Position numbers and translations under genes: made by a program. DNA of 57,294 nt, filler included, from Dugesia japonica (lineage: Eukaryota): assembly GCA_001938525.1 (NCBI GenBank). It is 4 parts of 4 records of this genome, joined end to end, with 100 filler letters (N's around TTAATTAATTAA, not from the genome) between each part and the next. Parts side by side here need not be neighbours in the genome. Positions count along the whole stretch, not along the records: positions 9,118 to 25,370 come from MQRL01607603.1; 3 more parts are not named here. The stretch is one strand, 5' to 3'. Positions 10,497-22,702 of this stretch are shown piece after piece (the first letter of the stretch is position 1; every line of letters begins with the position of its first letter). Under the pieces are notes generated by a model. It was not told the DNA's origin, made no database searches, and saw nothing but the letters and a program-made list of their open reading frames with translations.

Positions 10497-13400
10497 CTCT
10501 TTGCTTTTATAAAGTTACATTTAACTATTTCATTATTTGGTTTTTCGTCTTTCATTTGGAATAAATTATTTCCTAAAAGATTTGTTAACTTATTTAAATT
10601 CTTTTGCCCAATTATTTCTACAAAAAGACTATTCGTATCACTGTAATGAATTTTATATTTATTGGGAATTGCTTTATCCATCTAATTATAAATGAAATCA
10701 TAAATAACTTCCTTTGCGTATTCTAAAATAGTGAAACCAATATATGAGAATTTATTATGGTTTAATTTAGTTTTGTAAAGATGAATTGCTGCTGTTTTAT
10801 CCTCACTTGGATTAAATTCTCCTATAAATATTTTACTAGATTTAAAGTTTATTTTACTAGCAAATTTCTAGTAATCTTTATCATTATCTACTATTTCAAG
10901 ATTACACCTATTTCTAATGTTTTCTAAAGTTTTTCCATAGAAAACGTTATTTAATAATTTAAAGAAGACATCGCCAAAAACATCATTATTTCTTTTGGCC
11001 TCATTTCTTTTATCGAAATTAAATTAAATGTAATCTTTTAACCAAGGTTTTTTGGCATTTTATATTTAGTATGAATTTTCTTAATTTTCATTCCTAGAGA
11101 TAAATATAAATCTAAAGTACTTACTAAAACTATATAACTTTGTTTATCAAATTGATTTAGTGTTAATTTAGTATTTTTCTTGGATAATTTCTTGGCGATC
11201 TTAATTGATAAGGAGATAACATTTCTTTTTTAATATTTAAAGGTTCAGAAGCTAATGGAAAGTATTTAGTTTTTTCATGAATCTCTTTTGGATATTCTAA
11301 ATCAACTTCATAAACATAATTAATTTTATCTGACGATTTAGTATATTCTAAACCCTTACATTCATAAATTTCTCCTGTTGGTAAAAGCTTTATCATACAA
11401 CTTGCGTAAAGACTGTTTTCATCTAGATATTTAATATGTGACTTCTTTTCAATTTTCTGGTATAGTTTTATTTTTAATAAATGAAAATAATATATCTCCA
11501 ACTTGTGCTTTGTTTAGTTGTCTAGTTTTTCCAAATTTAGTATTTGACTTTTGGTTATTTGAAAAGACTTGTCTCTCTCCGCAAACTCCTGAATAACCTC
11601 CTCTAACTTTTCTTTCAATTTTAATAAATCTATCGTAACTTTTTTTCTGGGCATATTTTAATTTCACTTGAGTAAATTTCATTCCTGCTTTCCAAGTTAA
11701 TCCTGGTGCAGAATAACAATAACTAGGATCTATTTGATAATTATTTAAACAGGTTTCTCTAAAATCTTTAAAATAATCAGCTAAAATAATTACATCTAAT
11801 TTCATATAAAACATCATGCATTCAAATAAATTATTGAATTGATTAAAGTCTAATAAAAATTCTTTATATTCTTGGTCGGTTATTTCTTTTTGTTTTAATG
11901 TATTAAAGAAATCTTTTTTTGTCGGAATGTTACTACTTCAATTACTAATTCAATTACTTCATTAATATTATTACCTTTAACATAATCATAAGAAAATGGT
12001 ATTTTCTTTGGACAAAGATTAAACGATCTTAAATGGATATAATTATTAGATTCATTTAATGTTTCTTCCTTTTTCTCTACTGAAGTTTGAGTACACATTC
12101 TTGCATAGTCTAAAAATCTAATTGAAAGTTCTTTTGGATTACCATATTCAAAGGAAATGTAAACTTCTTCACTATGAGGAATTATTTTTCTAACTTTACC
12201 TGGATATTTAATAATTAATTCTTTAAAAAACCAATGATTTTCATATCCAGATCCATTGTGAAAATAAAAAGGTATAAATAATTTTTTTATCAATTTATCT
12301 TGTAAATTACATTTGCTGTGAGAATATCCTCTAAATTCTCCATTAAAATGATCGTGATCGATTACTGGAATTTCAGTTATTGTTTTATCACAATATCGAC
12401 AATTTAAGTGAGCTTGCTCACTTTCCTCAAGTTTTGGTTTCTCGCCCATATAAATAAGAATTAATTTATTTTCTTTAATATCTTTTAATTTATTATTTAA
12501 TTCTTCTAAAAATTCAAAGAACTGTTCATGAATGTTTTCTTCATAAAATTCTTTATATTCATGTTGAATTAAATGTTGATACTTACTTACAATATAAGTT
12601 CCTAGTGATAAAAGTTTTTGTTTCTTTGTTCTAACGTTTGTCCAACTTTCAAAGTCACCATAAATTACAAAAGGTAATTTTTCTTTGTAATAATAATTTG
12701 GATAATAATAACTATATTGTTTTGGAAAAACTACATTATTAATTTCATGATTAATACATTCTTTTTGATGGTTAATTAATAAATCTTTACTTCTATATGA
12801 ATTCATACATCAAATACACAAATGATTTTGATGTCTATTTATTGTAAAAAATACTTGTAAATCTCTACATAAAATAAAATGATTATTAAAAACTAATAGA
12901 TTACATTTATTTTCGGTTGATTTTGGTTTAGTCTCATAATGTGAAATAAATAAAGGTTCAAGTTGTTTAACATTATTTACAGTAAATACATTTATTTTGA
13001 AATCATTTAAATTTTCAAATTTTTTAATATAATCTATATGAANAGGAAATTTAATTCAAATTGTTTTCAATTCATCTAAATAAGGAATATAATTACTAAC
13101 TCTAGTTGGATGATTTACAAATACGTGTTTATGGGCTAAAATCGAATATAAAAAACATTTATCATCATTATTTTTAATATTAATTACTCCTCGTTTTGAA
13201 AACAGTAATTTTATATAACTTGCTTTAGCTAAAGATTGATATTTAGAAAGTTCAATTTTAAAATCTACGATATAATTTAAATTCCATCCACTTTCATTTC
13301 GATCTTCATCTTCGATAAATCTTTGAAGTTAATTTAAAATATCAACAACACCTTCATCAATTTCACTTGCTAATATAAATTGTCTATTTTGAGAATATGA

Positions 13401-13574
13401 ATTAAAAATTTTTTCAACATTTCTCCATTCACATCTTTATTATATTTACAATTGACACTCATTCGAACAACAATCTTTTTCCCATAATTGAAATACTTGG
13501 TAATTATTTCTAAGATTTCAGATTGAAATTTGTTTATCATTTTTACTTGTCGCTCTAAACTTTCTACATTTCTA
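10493..13574 (-). pseudogene. Polinton/Maverick protein-primed DNA polymerase B with EndoVII/HNH insertion (copy 1)
   Basis: KNDDKCFLYSILAH (vOTU-like), PFVIYGDFES (ExoI), CRYC..DHDHFNGEFRGYSHSKCNL (EndoVII), FHNGSGYENH, YMKLDVIILAD (ExoIII), RGGYS, YLDENSLY (motif A), KLLNNVFYGK (B), YSDTNS (C). Frameshifted. Confidence 0.95.
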
Positions 13575-14144
13575 TTTTTTCTACATATATATTTTTTAAA
13601 TAATGAAATATTAGCACTTATTTCTTTTAAATTAATAAAAAAATATCTTTAAAATTAAAAGAATCATAAAAATATAAATAAAAGTAAAATATATTTTCAA
13701 AAATCATAGAATTCTTTAAAAGCAAATAGAAAAAAAATATTAATGAAATAATAAAAAANNNNNNNNNNNNNNNNNNNNNNNNNNNNNNNNNNNNNNNNNN
13801 NNNNNNNNNNNNNNNNNNNNNNNNNNNNNNNNNNNNNNNNNNNNNNNNNACACCAAATTAATAACTCTTGAACTTGTGTATTATCACTTATGCCATTTGC
13901 CGAATTCGGAGTCACATACTCGGCGCTATTCGCCATTTCCTTACTACTGACGAAATTCTGCATTACTAGAAATTTCATCAAAAGAAATTAACACAAAACA
14001 ATTCACTCAAACTATGAAGAAATAATTATTATTTAATAATTTTGAGGCAATAGAAATCTAGTTAATTCTGGATAATGATTTTTAAAATACTATTCAATAA
14101 TCATTTCTAATATTAAGATATAGTTTGTAGTAGTAAAATAGAAA

Positions 14145-16045
14145 ATGTCTAAAATTTTGAATTCTGATTTGCAAAATGAATTAACAATTGAAAATTTACC
14201 TAACATCGTGGCAGAGGTAAATACCGATTCTATTACTAAGAGGTTATCACCAAAAATATTCTGCAGAGAAGATGATATTGAGAAATTTATCAAAAGATGT
14301 GAATTGTATTTTGAAGGTAAAAACTTCACTCATGTGAAACAACAGGAGAGAATAGTCTCTTGTTTGTTAGATGAAGATTTTTTGGAAGAATATGCAAAGA
14401 CGTTGAAAAATGTTTAATGTTTTCAGGCTCGTTTACGTATGGAATTTGAGAAAGAGAAAGATTTTATCAAAGATTTTCAAAATTTGATTAGGTCCAGGTG
14501 TGGAAATGAAGAGATTCAAGTTTATTTTAAAAACGTAAAAGATTTAGTAAAAGATTATTTACATATAAAGATAACAAAAAAGTTGAAGAAGAAGTGACTT
14601 TGCGAAAATTAGAGAATATAGAAGAAATTAAAGAAACGATGACGTTAGTAAATCGAGTAGAGAAAACAGAAATCAAGTTGATGCAGTTAGAAGTTACGCG
14701 AGAGTTACAAATCGAAATTATCAGAAACCTGTAAATCATACAGTGAAAATATATGTGGAGCAAAGAAAGAAAAAACAAAATACCGAATGTTGGTTATGTC
14801 ATCAGATCGGTCATACTAAAGCAAATTGTCCGAAAAAAAAGTAGTAGAGTGCTGGAGTTGTCTTAAAACAGGACATATAAGTCGAGATTGTCTAAACAAA
14901 AAGTCAAAAAAATGTTTTGGTTGTGGAAAGGTTGGCCACATTAGAAGGTTATGTCAAGAAGTGAGATGTAAACGATGTGGTAATGGTGGACATAGAGCAG
15001 AAGAGTGCTTCACATATTTGAAAGCGAAAAAAACAAGTGAGAAATTTATGACTGCAGAAAGATCAAGAAACCAATATAATCGAGTACATGCAATTGAAGA
15101 TGAAGAAGTCAGTACAAACTATGGATATGAGGAAGCATATAAAAGTGATTCTGAAAGACAGGGCTCACCCAGTAGAGGAGTTGATTGGAGCCATCCATTG
15201 TTAAATGAAGTTATTAGTTATCCTCAAGGGTTCAAAAAGTGGGATGATATAGAAAATATTACAGAGAAAGTATACAGATTCTTAAAGAGGGAAAATTTTG
15301 CAGATGATAGAAAAGTAGAATGGGTTGTAACAGTTGAAGCAGAAAAGAAAACAAATATTTCTTACCATAAATTACAAGGCAGACCAAGGGTTACGGTATC
15401 AATTCAAGGAAAAAAATAGAATATCTATTAGATACAGATGCTCGAATTAACGTGATGAGTTTGAGTTGTTTTAATTAATTACGATAAGGAAATTTAGAAA
15501 TGAGTGATGAAAGATTGCATTGTGCAAATAATAGTACACTTGAAATTGTTGGAAAAGTAAGAACCAGAGTGAAAATTGATGAAGTTTGCAAAGAGATTAC
15601 TTTCTTAGTCGCTGAAAGAGTAACACCAGATCTGATAGGAAGAATAGATATGCAGAAAATATTTGAATATCAGCAAAAGGTTGATAGCAAAACGGATGAA
15701 AAGGTCGAAAATTACATTTGTAATATTGAAGCGAAATTCGGAAGACAAATTAAAAATGGAGAGCGATTGACAAGAGCTTTAAATATTTTGAAGATTAAAT
15801 AGGATCAACGGTTATTGAAAATAATTGAAAGCAAAGAAGATGCTTTTATGGCAGATAAATTAAATGTTGGACGCGCACATCTGACAAGACACAAAATAAC
15901 CACAAGTGGTGAACCAATGAATGAAAAACCGTAAAGACAACCAATGAACTTAGAATCTAAAATTGAAGAAGCTATCCAAAACCTTTTCGAGAATAATATT
16001 ATCCGAAAATGCAACTCTCCATAAAATACCCCACTGATATGTGTA
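14145..16045 (+). pseudogene. Ty3/Gypsy gag-protease-RT start (family A, copy 2)
   Basis: Four CCHC knuckles (CWLCHQIGHTKANC, CWSCLKTGHISRDC, CFGCGKVGHIRRLC, CKRCGNGGHRAEEC), protease YLLDTDARINV, RT start HKITTSGEP..IIRKCNSP*NTPLICV. Confidence 0.93.
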
Positions 16046-16374
16046 CAAATTCGCATATGTCCTTCCATATTAATAATCGCACTCTCAAATAATCATGTTT
16101 CTTCTTGACATTTTATTACTACATTTGATATTTCTTTATTTACTCTAAAATCAATATGATTATTCGATATCAACTCATCTTTGCAATCTTCAGTTTTTTC
16201 TGGACAATTCTCTACCTCAATAATCAGCATTTCATTCACACACTCACAACAATATGAACATCCACAAGGAACACAATATGCATTAATTAGAATATTTCTA
16301 CATTTTCCACATTTTAGATTATCTGGAAGATTTTTATTGATTTCATATTTATTTTGAGAAACAAATTTAAACAT
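16040..16374 (-). pseudogene. TRAF-like RING + first TRAF zinc finger, truncated
   Basis: CGKCRNILINAYCVPCGCSYCCECV..CP..C..DFRVNKEISNVVIKCQEET*LFESAIINMEGHMRIC. The frame continues through a TGA that replaces the zinc-finger Cys. Confidence 0.8.
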
Positions 16375-16609
16375 TTAATCAAATTTAAATGAACTCATTT
16401 TTAAAATAATATATTAAAGTTTACTTTTAAGAATATTGTTTTTAATTTAATTTCAATTTGCTTAGTTTATAGAACTTATTTAAACAAAAAATAATATATT
16501 TTATAATTTGGTAGTTAAAAATTAGAATGTCTAATAAGCTCACATTACTAATTAGTGTTCAACAAGGGCCAGGAAACTGATGTAATCCAATACATGCGAT
16601 TTAAGAGGA

Positions 16610-16800
16610 ATAAACTAGTACAAACGAAGGTTTTTAGAAACATATGAAAGTGATTTCGGAAGACAATACTGAAAATATATGATACGTTAGAGAAGTTGGT
16701 TCACGTCATTCTTAAATGAAGTGATTGGTTATTCTCACGAGGTAGTGAATTGTATGATATCTGGAACGTTAAAGGTTATGTATATACATAAGAAAACATA
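16610..16800 (+). pseudogene. Small Gypsy family-A gag/pol junction relic
   Basis: ttaaatgaagtgattggttattctc resembles ttaaatgaagttattagttatcctc at ~15202. Confidence 0.45.
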
Positions 16801-17269
16801 ACTTTTGCCAATTTTAGAAATTAAAAATAACCAAAAAAATCTAGTTGTTATTCTAAGCTAAGTATAAGCGAAGTTGAGTCCTATATAAACTCATGTAAAA
16901 TCACGATTAAAGTATTATTGATTGAAAATTATTTGGGAATTTTTCATGGAATTAATTACAATAAATTTAGAAAAGTTTTGTGGAAATTATTTAGCAGGAG
17001 TTTATTACAATAAGTAATATTTTATTTTATTCTTTGTTAACTAATTTAAAAGGTTTAAACCTAGTTGATTCTCATTGATGGAAAATTTCAAGACTAATCA
17101 TTTAGTATATTTAATTTTGATTAGTGGATTATTTCAATGTCGAAGAAATATAGAACAAGATAATTACCATTACAACCATTTGTAGGTCAAAGTTAACTAT
17201 CATCCGGCTAGACTTTTCCGAGTAGACTTTAATTAAATTTCCTGCGCAAAATGAATATTAATATTTTTT

Positions 17270-17800
17270 TTCTTAATGTTTCAATTTTTTAATCGAACAT
17301 TAAGAGACTCTTTGAAAAAATACTTTGTTCATACTGGTAATAAAACCTTGTCAAAATTGATTATTAGTTAAAATCATTCAAGTCATAAAGGTTTAAATGG
17401 AGCAAGATCGATCCATGTAAGTTCAAACAATCAATTAAAATTATGGTTATCACGTGATCAAAGTAAATCAAATAAGATATCAAAATATAAAGTCGATGAA
17501 CCTGTTAGAATCTCAAAAATGCATTAAAACTTTGATAGTAATTGGAGCGATGAAGTGTTTCAAATAATGAAATTCAATACTTAACAAAATCCAGGCATGT
17601 ATGTAATTAAAGATTATAAAAATAATATCATACAAAGAAAGTTTTATGACCAAGAATTTCAAGTCATTCTACCTCTTACTATATATAGAATCGAAAAATA
17701 ATAAAATCGAAAGGAACAAAAAATAATAAACAATATTTTGTAAAATGGCATGGATATCAAAAACCTACTTGGATAATAGCATCACAGTTAGTTAATAATG
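17270..17800 (+). pseudogene. Polinton integrase C-terminal half with chromodomain
   Basis: NRTLRDSLKKYF..KYKVDEPVRISK..NWSDEVFQI..KFYDQEFQ..YRIEK..QYFVKWHGYQKPTWI. Confidence 0.88.
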
Positions 17801-18220
17801 ACATCGAATAATTTCTGTGAACTTTTACGTAGTAATATCTGTCCTCTTATTTATCCGAATAATAATGCTAGTTAATTCATTGTTGAGCTTCAAAATCCGA
17901 TTTATATGTATGGTCAGTGAGAAGGAGCATTGTTTGAGTTTACCCTTGTTTATCAAATATTTTTATTATATAGCAAGTCTAAAATTCAATTAATGTCTAA
18001 AATAAATATATCAAATAATCAAAATTTATCACAAAGAACAATCCTTGAGTTTAAGTAAAAATGAAAATGACAATGTCTATATAGCGTATAATGGTTATTT
18101 AACTATTACATGTGAATATACATATGTTGCCATGTTTGAAAGTGAATCAAGCGCAATTAGATTTAGATTCTCATATCAGATTAATCAAATGGATCCTGTG
18201 TGTTTTTCTAGTAGGTGTAT
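17798..18220 (+). pseudogene. Polinton minor capsid (penton-like) protein, N-terminal part
   Basis: MTSNNFCELLRSN..YPNNNAS*FIVELQNPIYMYGQ*EGAL matches the LPSN..YP.N..S.F...L..PI.L.G.WEVAL pattern. Directly follows the integrase. Confidence 0.75.
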
Positions 18221-18462
18221 ATATTTAAAAAAGATTTTGATCCAGAAAAAACGATGAGTCACCCTGATGAGTCATCGATGCTACATTGTCTTTGTTTCAG
18301 TCATAGATGAGTCATACATACGACTCTGCCTTTTTCTAAATGTTCTTTGTCTAGGAAGTGTGATCTAGTGCACCAGTATCTACCTACTTTTAACCTTACT
18401 AAAAATATTTCTTATATTATGAAATTAATTTTTACATATTACGAGATAGTTAAATTGGAGTA

Positions 18463-18788
18463 TATTGACCAAAATATCACAATGAAAAACCTAAGTAAGA
18501 AGTCTAGTATTTCAATTGATGAATGGAAGTAGTGGGATAAATACGACTTTAACGCAAGGAAGTGCACTCCAATACAACATATGGCATTAGCATAAGCGGT
18601 TAGCATTCATGGTTAGTAATTGTGAATAATATTTTGCTAGTGTTTATGCTAGTGTGCTACTGCGAAGCCAATGCACATTGGAATAAACATTCCTTGCGTT
18701 AAAGTCGTATTTATCCCACTACTTCCATTCATCAATTGAAATACTAGACTTCTTACTTAGGTTTTTCATTGTGATATTTTGGTCAATA
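18463..18788. mobile_element. Foldback MITE with 99-bp perfect inverted repeats
   Basis: 18463-18561 is the exact reverse complement of 18690-18788. TA at both outer ends. Confidence 0.9.
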
Positions 18789-18843
18789 ATTAAGTTTAAT
18801 TAATGATTAAGTTTTTGGGTTTATTAATTTTTATCTTAGAAAA

Positions 18844-19813
18844 ATGGAAGAGATAATAGAAGATATTAAACATAATCCTAAATTTATGAGTGANNNNNNN
18901 NNNNNNNNNNNNNNNNNNNNNNNNNNNNNNNNNNNNNNNNNNNAAATTATATTAAAGTTTTTAATTCTTAATATTTAACAAAACTTAATATTAAAAGATG
19001 TTGAAACTTTAAAACTAGAATTAGATGTATTGAAATGAGAATTAGAAAAGGAAAATTTTATTGAAAACCTTTTTTCAAGTTTTTGTAAACAAAATAATGT
19101 AAATGAAAAAACAGTAACTAAATATTTAAGAGAATTTAATATTCCTTATAATAGAAAAAAACATTAACTTTTCAGAAGCAGAGGTTAATAGTGAATATTA
19201 ATCTTTAATACAACGATTTGAGTTAACAAAAATAAAGAGTGAGCTAAAGCAAACGAAGAGCAAAAATAAAAATTTGAAAGAAAAATTAGAAAAAATAAAA
19301 AATATAATATCTGAATAAAACAGTAGTTTTTATTATTTCAGTATGGAATAAAAGTTTGGAATTAAAGTATAGAATTAAAGTATGGTATTATTGAAAAGCA
19401 GAATAGACTTAAGTAAAAACAGTCTGGAGAAATAGTATAGAATTATAGTATGGTGTTAAAGTTTTTATTTATAAAATGGCTTCTAATAAAAATACTAATA
19501 CAAATAAATTAGATACAACTAAAGAAGAATATTATAAACTGTTAAAAAGTCATAATTTTATGGAAAATTTAGTTTTGGGATTTTCAAAACAAAATAATTT
19601 AAGTGAAAAAACAGTAAGAAAATTTATAAAATAATGTAATATTCCTTATAATAGAAGAGCAAAGATTAAAACTTTAAAAAGAGATGTTAATGGTAAATAT
19701 GAATCTTTAAAACAAAGATTTGAACGGTTGCGAATGCTAATGAAAAATCAAATTCCCAAACCACTTCAAAAATCCCAAAGGGTCCCATCAAAACTAACAA
19801 ACACAAAAACCTA
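18844..19813 (+). pseudogene. Two tandem paralogous small ORFs (HTH-like + coiled coil) upstream of pPolB
   Basis: NFIENLFSSFCKQNNVNEKTVTKYLREFNIPYNRK (~19055-19160) vs NFMENLVLGFSKQNNLSEKTVRKFIK*CNIPYNRR (ORF from 19476). Confidence 0.6.
19340..19459 (+). repeat. 13-bp direct repeats AGTATRGAATTAA (4 + 3 units)
   Basis: Units start at 19340, 19353, 19366, 19379 and 19421, 19434, 19447. Confidence 0.8.
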
Positions 19814-19910
19814 AGATAGATTATCCTAAAATGGATAACAAAAATATTATAAAATTTAATCAAATACTGTGCAAAGAAAATTATAATGTTTCATTTTTTC
19901 ACTAAAGAAA

Positions 19911-22462
19911 ATGGGTAGTAAAAAGGTAGTTATTCCAACAAATCCCATCTTAAAGGGTTCCATTAATTATTCAAAACCACAAAAAGTTTTGAATTTAAAC
20001 AGTTTATATAATAGTATAGATAATTGTGAAAAACCTGAAAATTTTAGTTTTGAAGAAATTAATAATTTTGCTAAATGTGAAATTACAAAGATAACAGTAA
20101 ATAAATATTTAATTATTTTAAAAGATATGTATTCCCAAGTAGAGAATTTTAAAGAAAGTGAAAAGTTTCAAACATTATTAACTATAATGATTTCTAAATT
20201 TTGTGAATCTTAATGTAAAGGAGAAATAATAAATACTTTATCTAAAAAACAAAAACAAAATATAGAAAATATAAAACAATTAGAAAGGGATTATCAAAAA
20301 GAAAGGGGTGAACATATTAAATTAAGAGAACAATATAATTTTGAACAAAAACCTAAATTTATTGAACACCCATGTTAGATCTTGATGTTGTCTTTTAGAC
20401 AGAACAAGATTTAATTGTCCAAAATATTTTAAAACGTTTCAATCTATGAGTGATTTAACGAAACATTTGAATTCTACTAATTGTATTGTTAAATTTGTAA
20501 TAAAAGGTTTACAAGACAAAATCATGCTAAAGCCCATTTCAATTCAAAGTCACATAAAGAAATGTTTAATAAAATATTATTTGAAAAATTACCTGGAGAA
20601 GAAGTAATTGATTATGATCCTGAAATTAGAGATATTTTTAGAATGTATAAAAATTATGAAATAGAATATTTTAAAGAAAGTAAAGTTGAATTAACTAGAA
20701 ATTTTGAAAAACTACAAAGACCAGTAAAAATGATCAATGAATTTCAAACTGAAATCCTTGAAATTATTACAAAGTATTTCAATTATGGGAAAAAGATTAT
20801 TGCTCGAATGAGTGTTACTTGTAATTATAATAAAGAAGTAAACGGTGAGAATATTGAAAGAATTTTTAANNNNNNNNNNNNNNNNNNNNNNNNNNNNNNN
20901 NNNNNNNNNNNNNNNNNNNNNNNNNNNNNNNNNNNNNNNNNNNNNNNNNNNNNNNNNNNNNNNNNNNNNNNNNNNNNNNNNNNNNNNNNNNAAATTACAT
21001 AGTTGATTATAACATTGAACTTTCTAAATATCAATCTTTGGCTGGAGGGAAATCATCATACCAAAAATAACCATTTTCAAAACCAGGAGTGAATAATATT
21101 CAAAATAAAGATGAAAAATGTTTTTTATATTCTATTTTAGCACATAAACATGTATTTAGTGATCCAACTAGAGTTGAAAAATATATTTCATATTTAGATG
21201 AATTGAAAACAACCAGAATTAAATTCCCTGTTCATATTTGTGAGGTAAAAAATTTTGAAAAATTCAATGATTTTAAAGTAAATGAATTTGTTGTAACTGA
21301 GTCTTTATATAACTTGAACCTTTATATATTAATCATTATGAAACTAAACCTAAACCAGAAACCAATAAATGTAATCTATTATTTTAAAAAAACCATTTTA
21401 TTTTGTGTAGAGATTAATTAGTATTTTTTACAACAAAAAGATACCAGAATCATTTTTGCATTAGATGTATGAATTTTTATTAAAGTAAAGATTTATTAAT
21501 AATTCACTAAAAGGAATGTATTAATCATGAAATTAGTAATAAAGTATTTTCAAAACATTATATTTATTATTATCAAAATTACTATTATAAAAATAAATTA
21601 CCTTTTGTGGTTTATGGTTATTTTTAAAGTTGGACCAGTGTTAGTACAACGAAACAAAAAACTTTATCACTTGGAATTTATGTAGTAAGTAAATATCAAC
21701 ATTTAATTCAAAATGAATACAAAGAATTTTCAGGTGAGAGTATCCATGAACAGTTCTTTGAATTTTTAAATGAATTAAATAATAAATTAAAAAATATAAA
21801 AGAAAATAAATTAATCCTCAAATATTTAGGTGAAGTAGTTAATCTTNNNNNNNNNNNNNNNNNNNNNNNNNNNNNNNNNNNNNNNNNNNNNNNNNNNNNN
21901 NNNNNNNNNNNNNNNNNNNNNNNNNNNNNNNNNNNNNNNNNNNNNNNNNNNNNNNNNNNNNNNNNNNNNNATTCTCATTCAAAATTTAATTTACAAGACA
22001 AATCTATAAAGAATTTATTTATACCTTTTTATTTTCACAATGCTTCAGGTTATGATAATCATTTATTTTTAAAGAATTAATTAGTAAATATCCTGGGAAA
22101 GGTAAAAAGATAATTCCTCATTCACATGAAGTTTATATATCTTTTCAATATGAACATACTTAGGGGGTTCCCATTAAATTTTTAGACTCAGCAAGAATGT
22201 GCCCATTTACTTCAATCGAGAAAATGGGAGAAACGTTAAATTATTCTGGAAAATATAATCATTTGAAAGCATTTAATCTAAAACCAAAGAAATTATCATT
22301 TCCATATGAATCTGTAAAAGAAGAAAATATTAATCAAGTTATTGAATTATTAAAAAGTAGTAACATACTTTCAAGAGAAGAATATAATAATATATTAAGA
22401 CAAAAAAAAATATCAGAAAGTTATTATAATGAATTTTTAAATGATTTTAGTAACTTTAATAT
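19911..22462 (+). pseudogene. Polinton pPolB N-terminal half (copy 2, same family as 10493-13574)
   Basis: Decayed zinc fingers (..NHAKAHFNSKSH), QNKDEKCFLYSILAHKH, LPFVVYG, FHNASGYDNH, FLDSARMC. Collinear with copy 1 and stops just before ExoIII. The 5' limit is uncertain. Confidence 0.9.
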
Positions 22463-22475
22463 GTGTTCTTTCTTT

Positions 22476-22688
22476 TTAAAGCAGCTTGATCAATCTCCTT
22501 TTTTGCGCTGCCGCTAACTGGCCATAACTAACTGTCCTAATATCGTTGTTAATCTGTTTTGTTGATAGAGCATCGGATTGGATGCAGATGTCTTGGAAAT
22601 CGCTAATAGGGTTGCAACAACTAGGGACATTTATCTGCTGAATTACAGGGGTAAGATGAGCAAAGCGTTTGCTGTTATTATATGGCAT
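22476..22688 (-). CDS. Small hypothetical ORF (70 aa), last of the minus-strand cassette
   Basis: ATG 14 nt after the RING ORF stop, same composition. No recognised motif. Confidence 0.3.
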   Translation of the reverse strand: MPYNNSKRFAHLTPVIQQINVPSCCNPISDFQDICIQSDALSTKQINNDIRTVSYGQLAAAQKRRLIKLL

Positions 22689-22702
22689 TTTAATCAGGAG
22701 GG

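Noticed and set aside
18264-18330. CTGATGAGTC resembling a hammerhead ribozyme core
   Set aside because: No GAC-GAAA to close stem II at the required distance.
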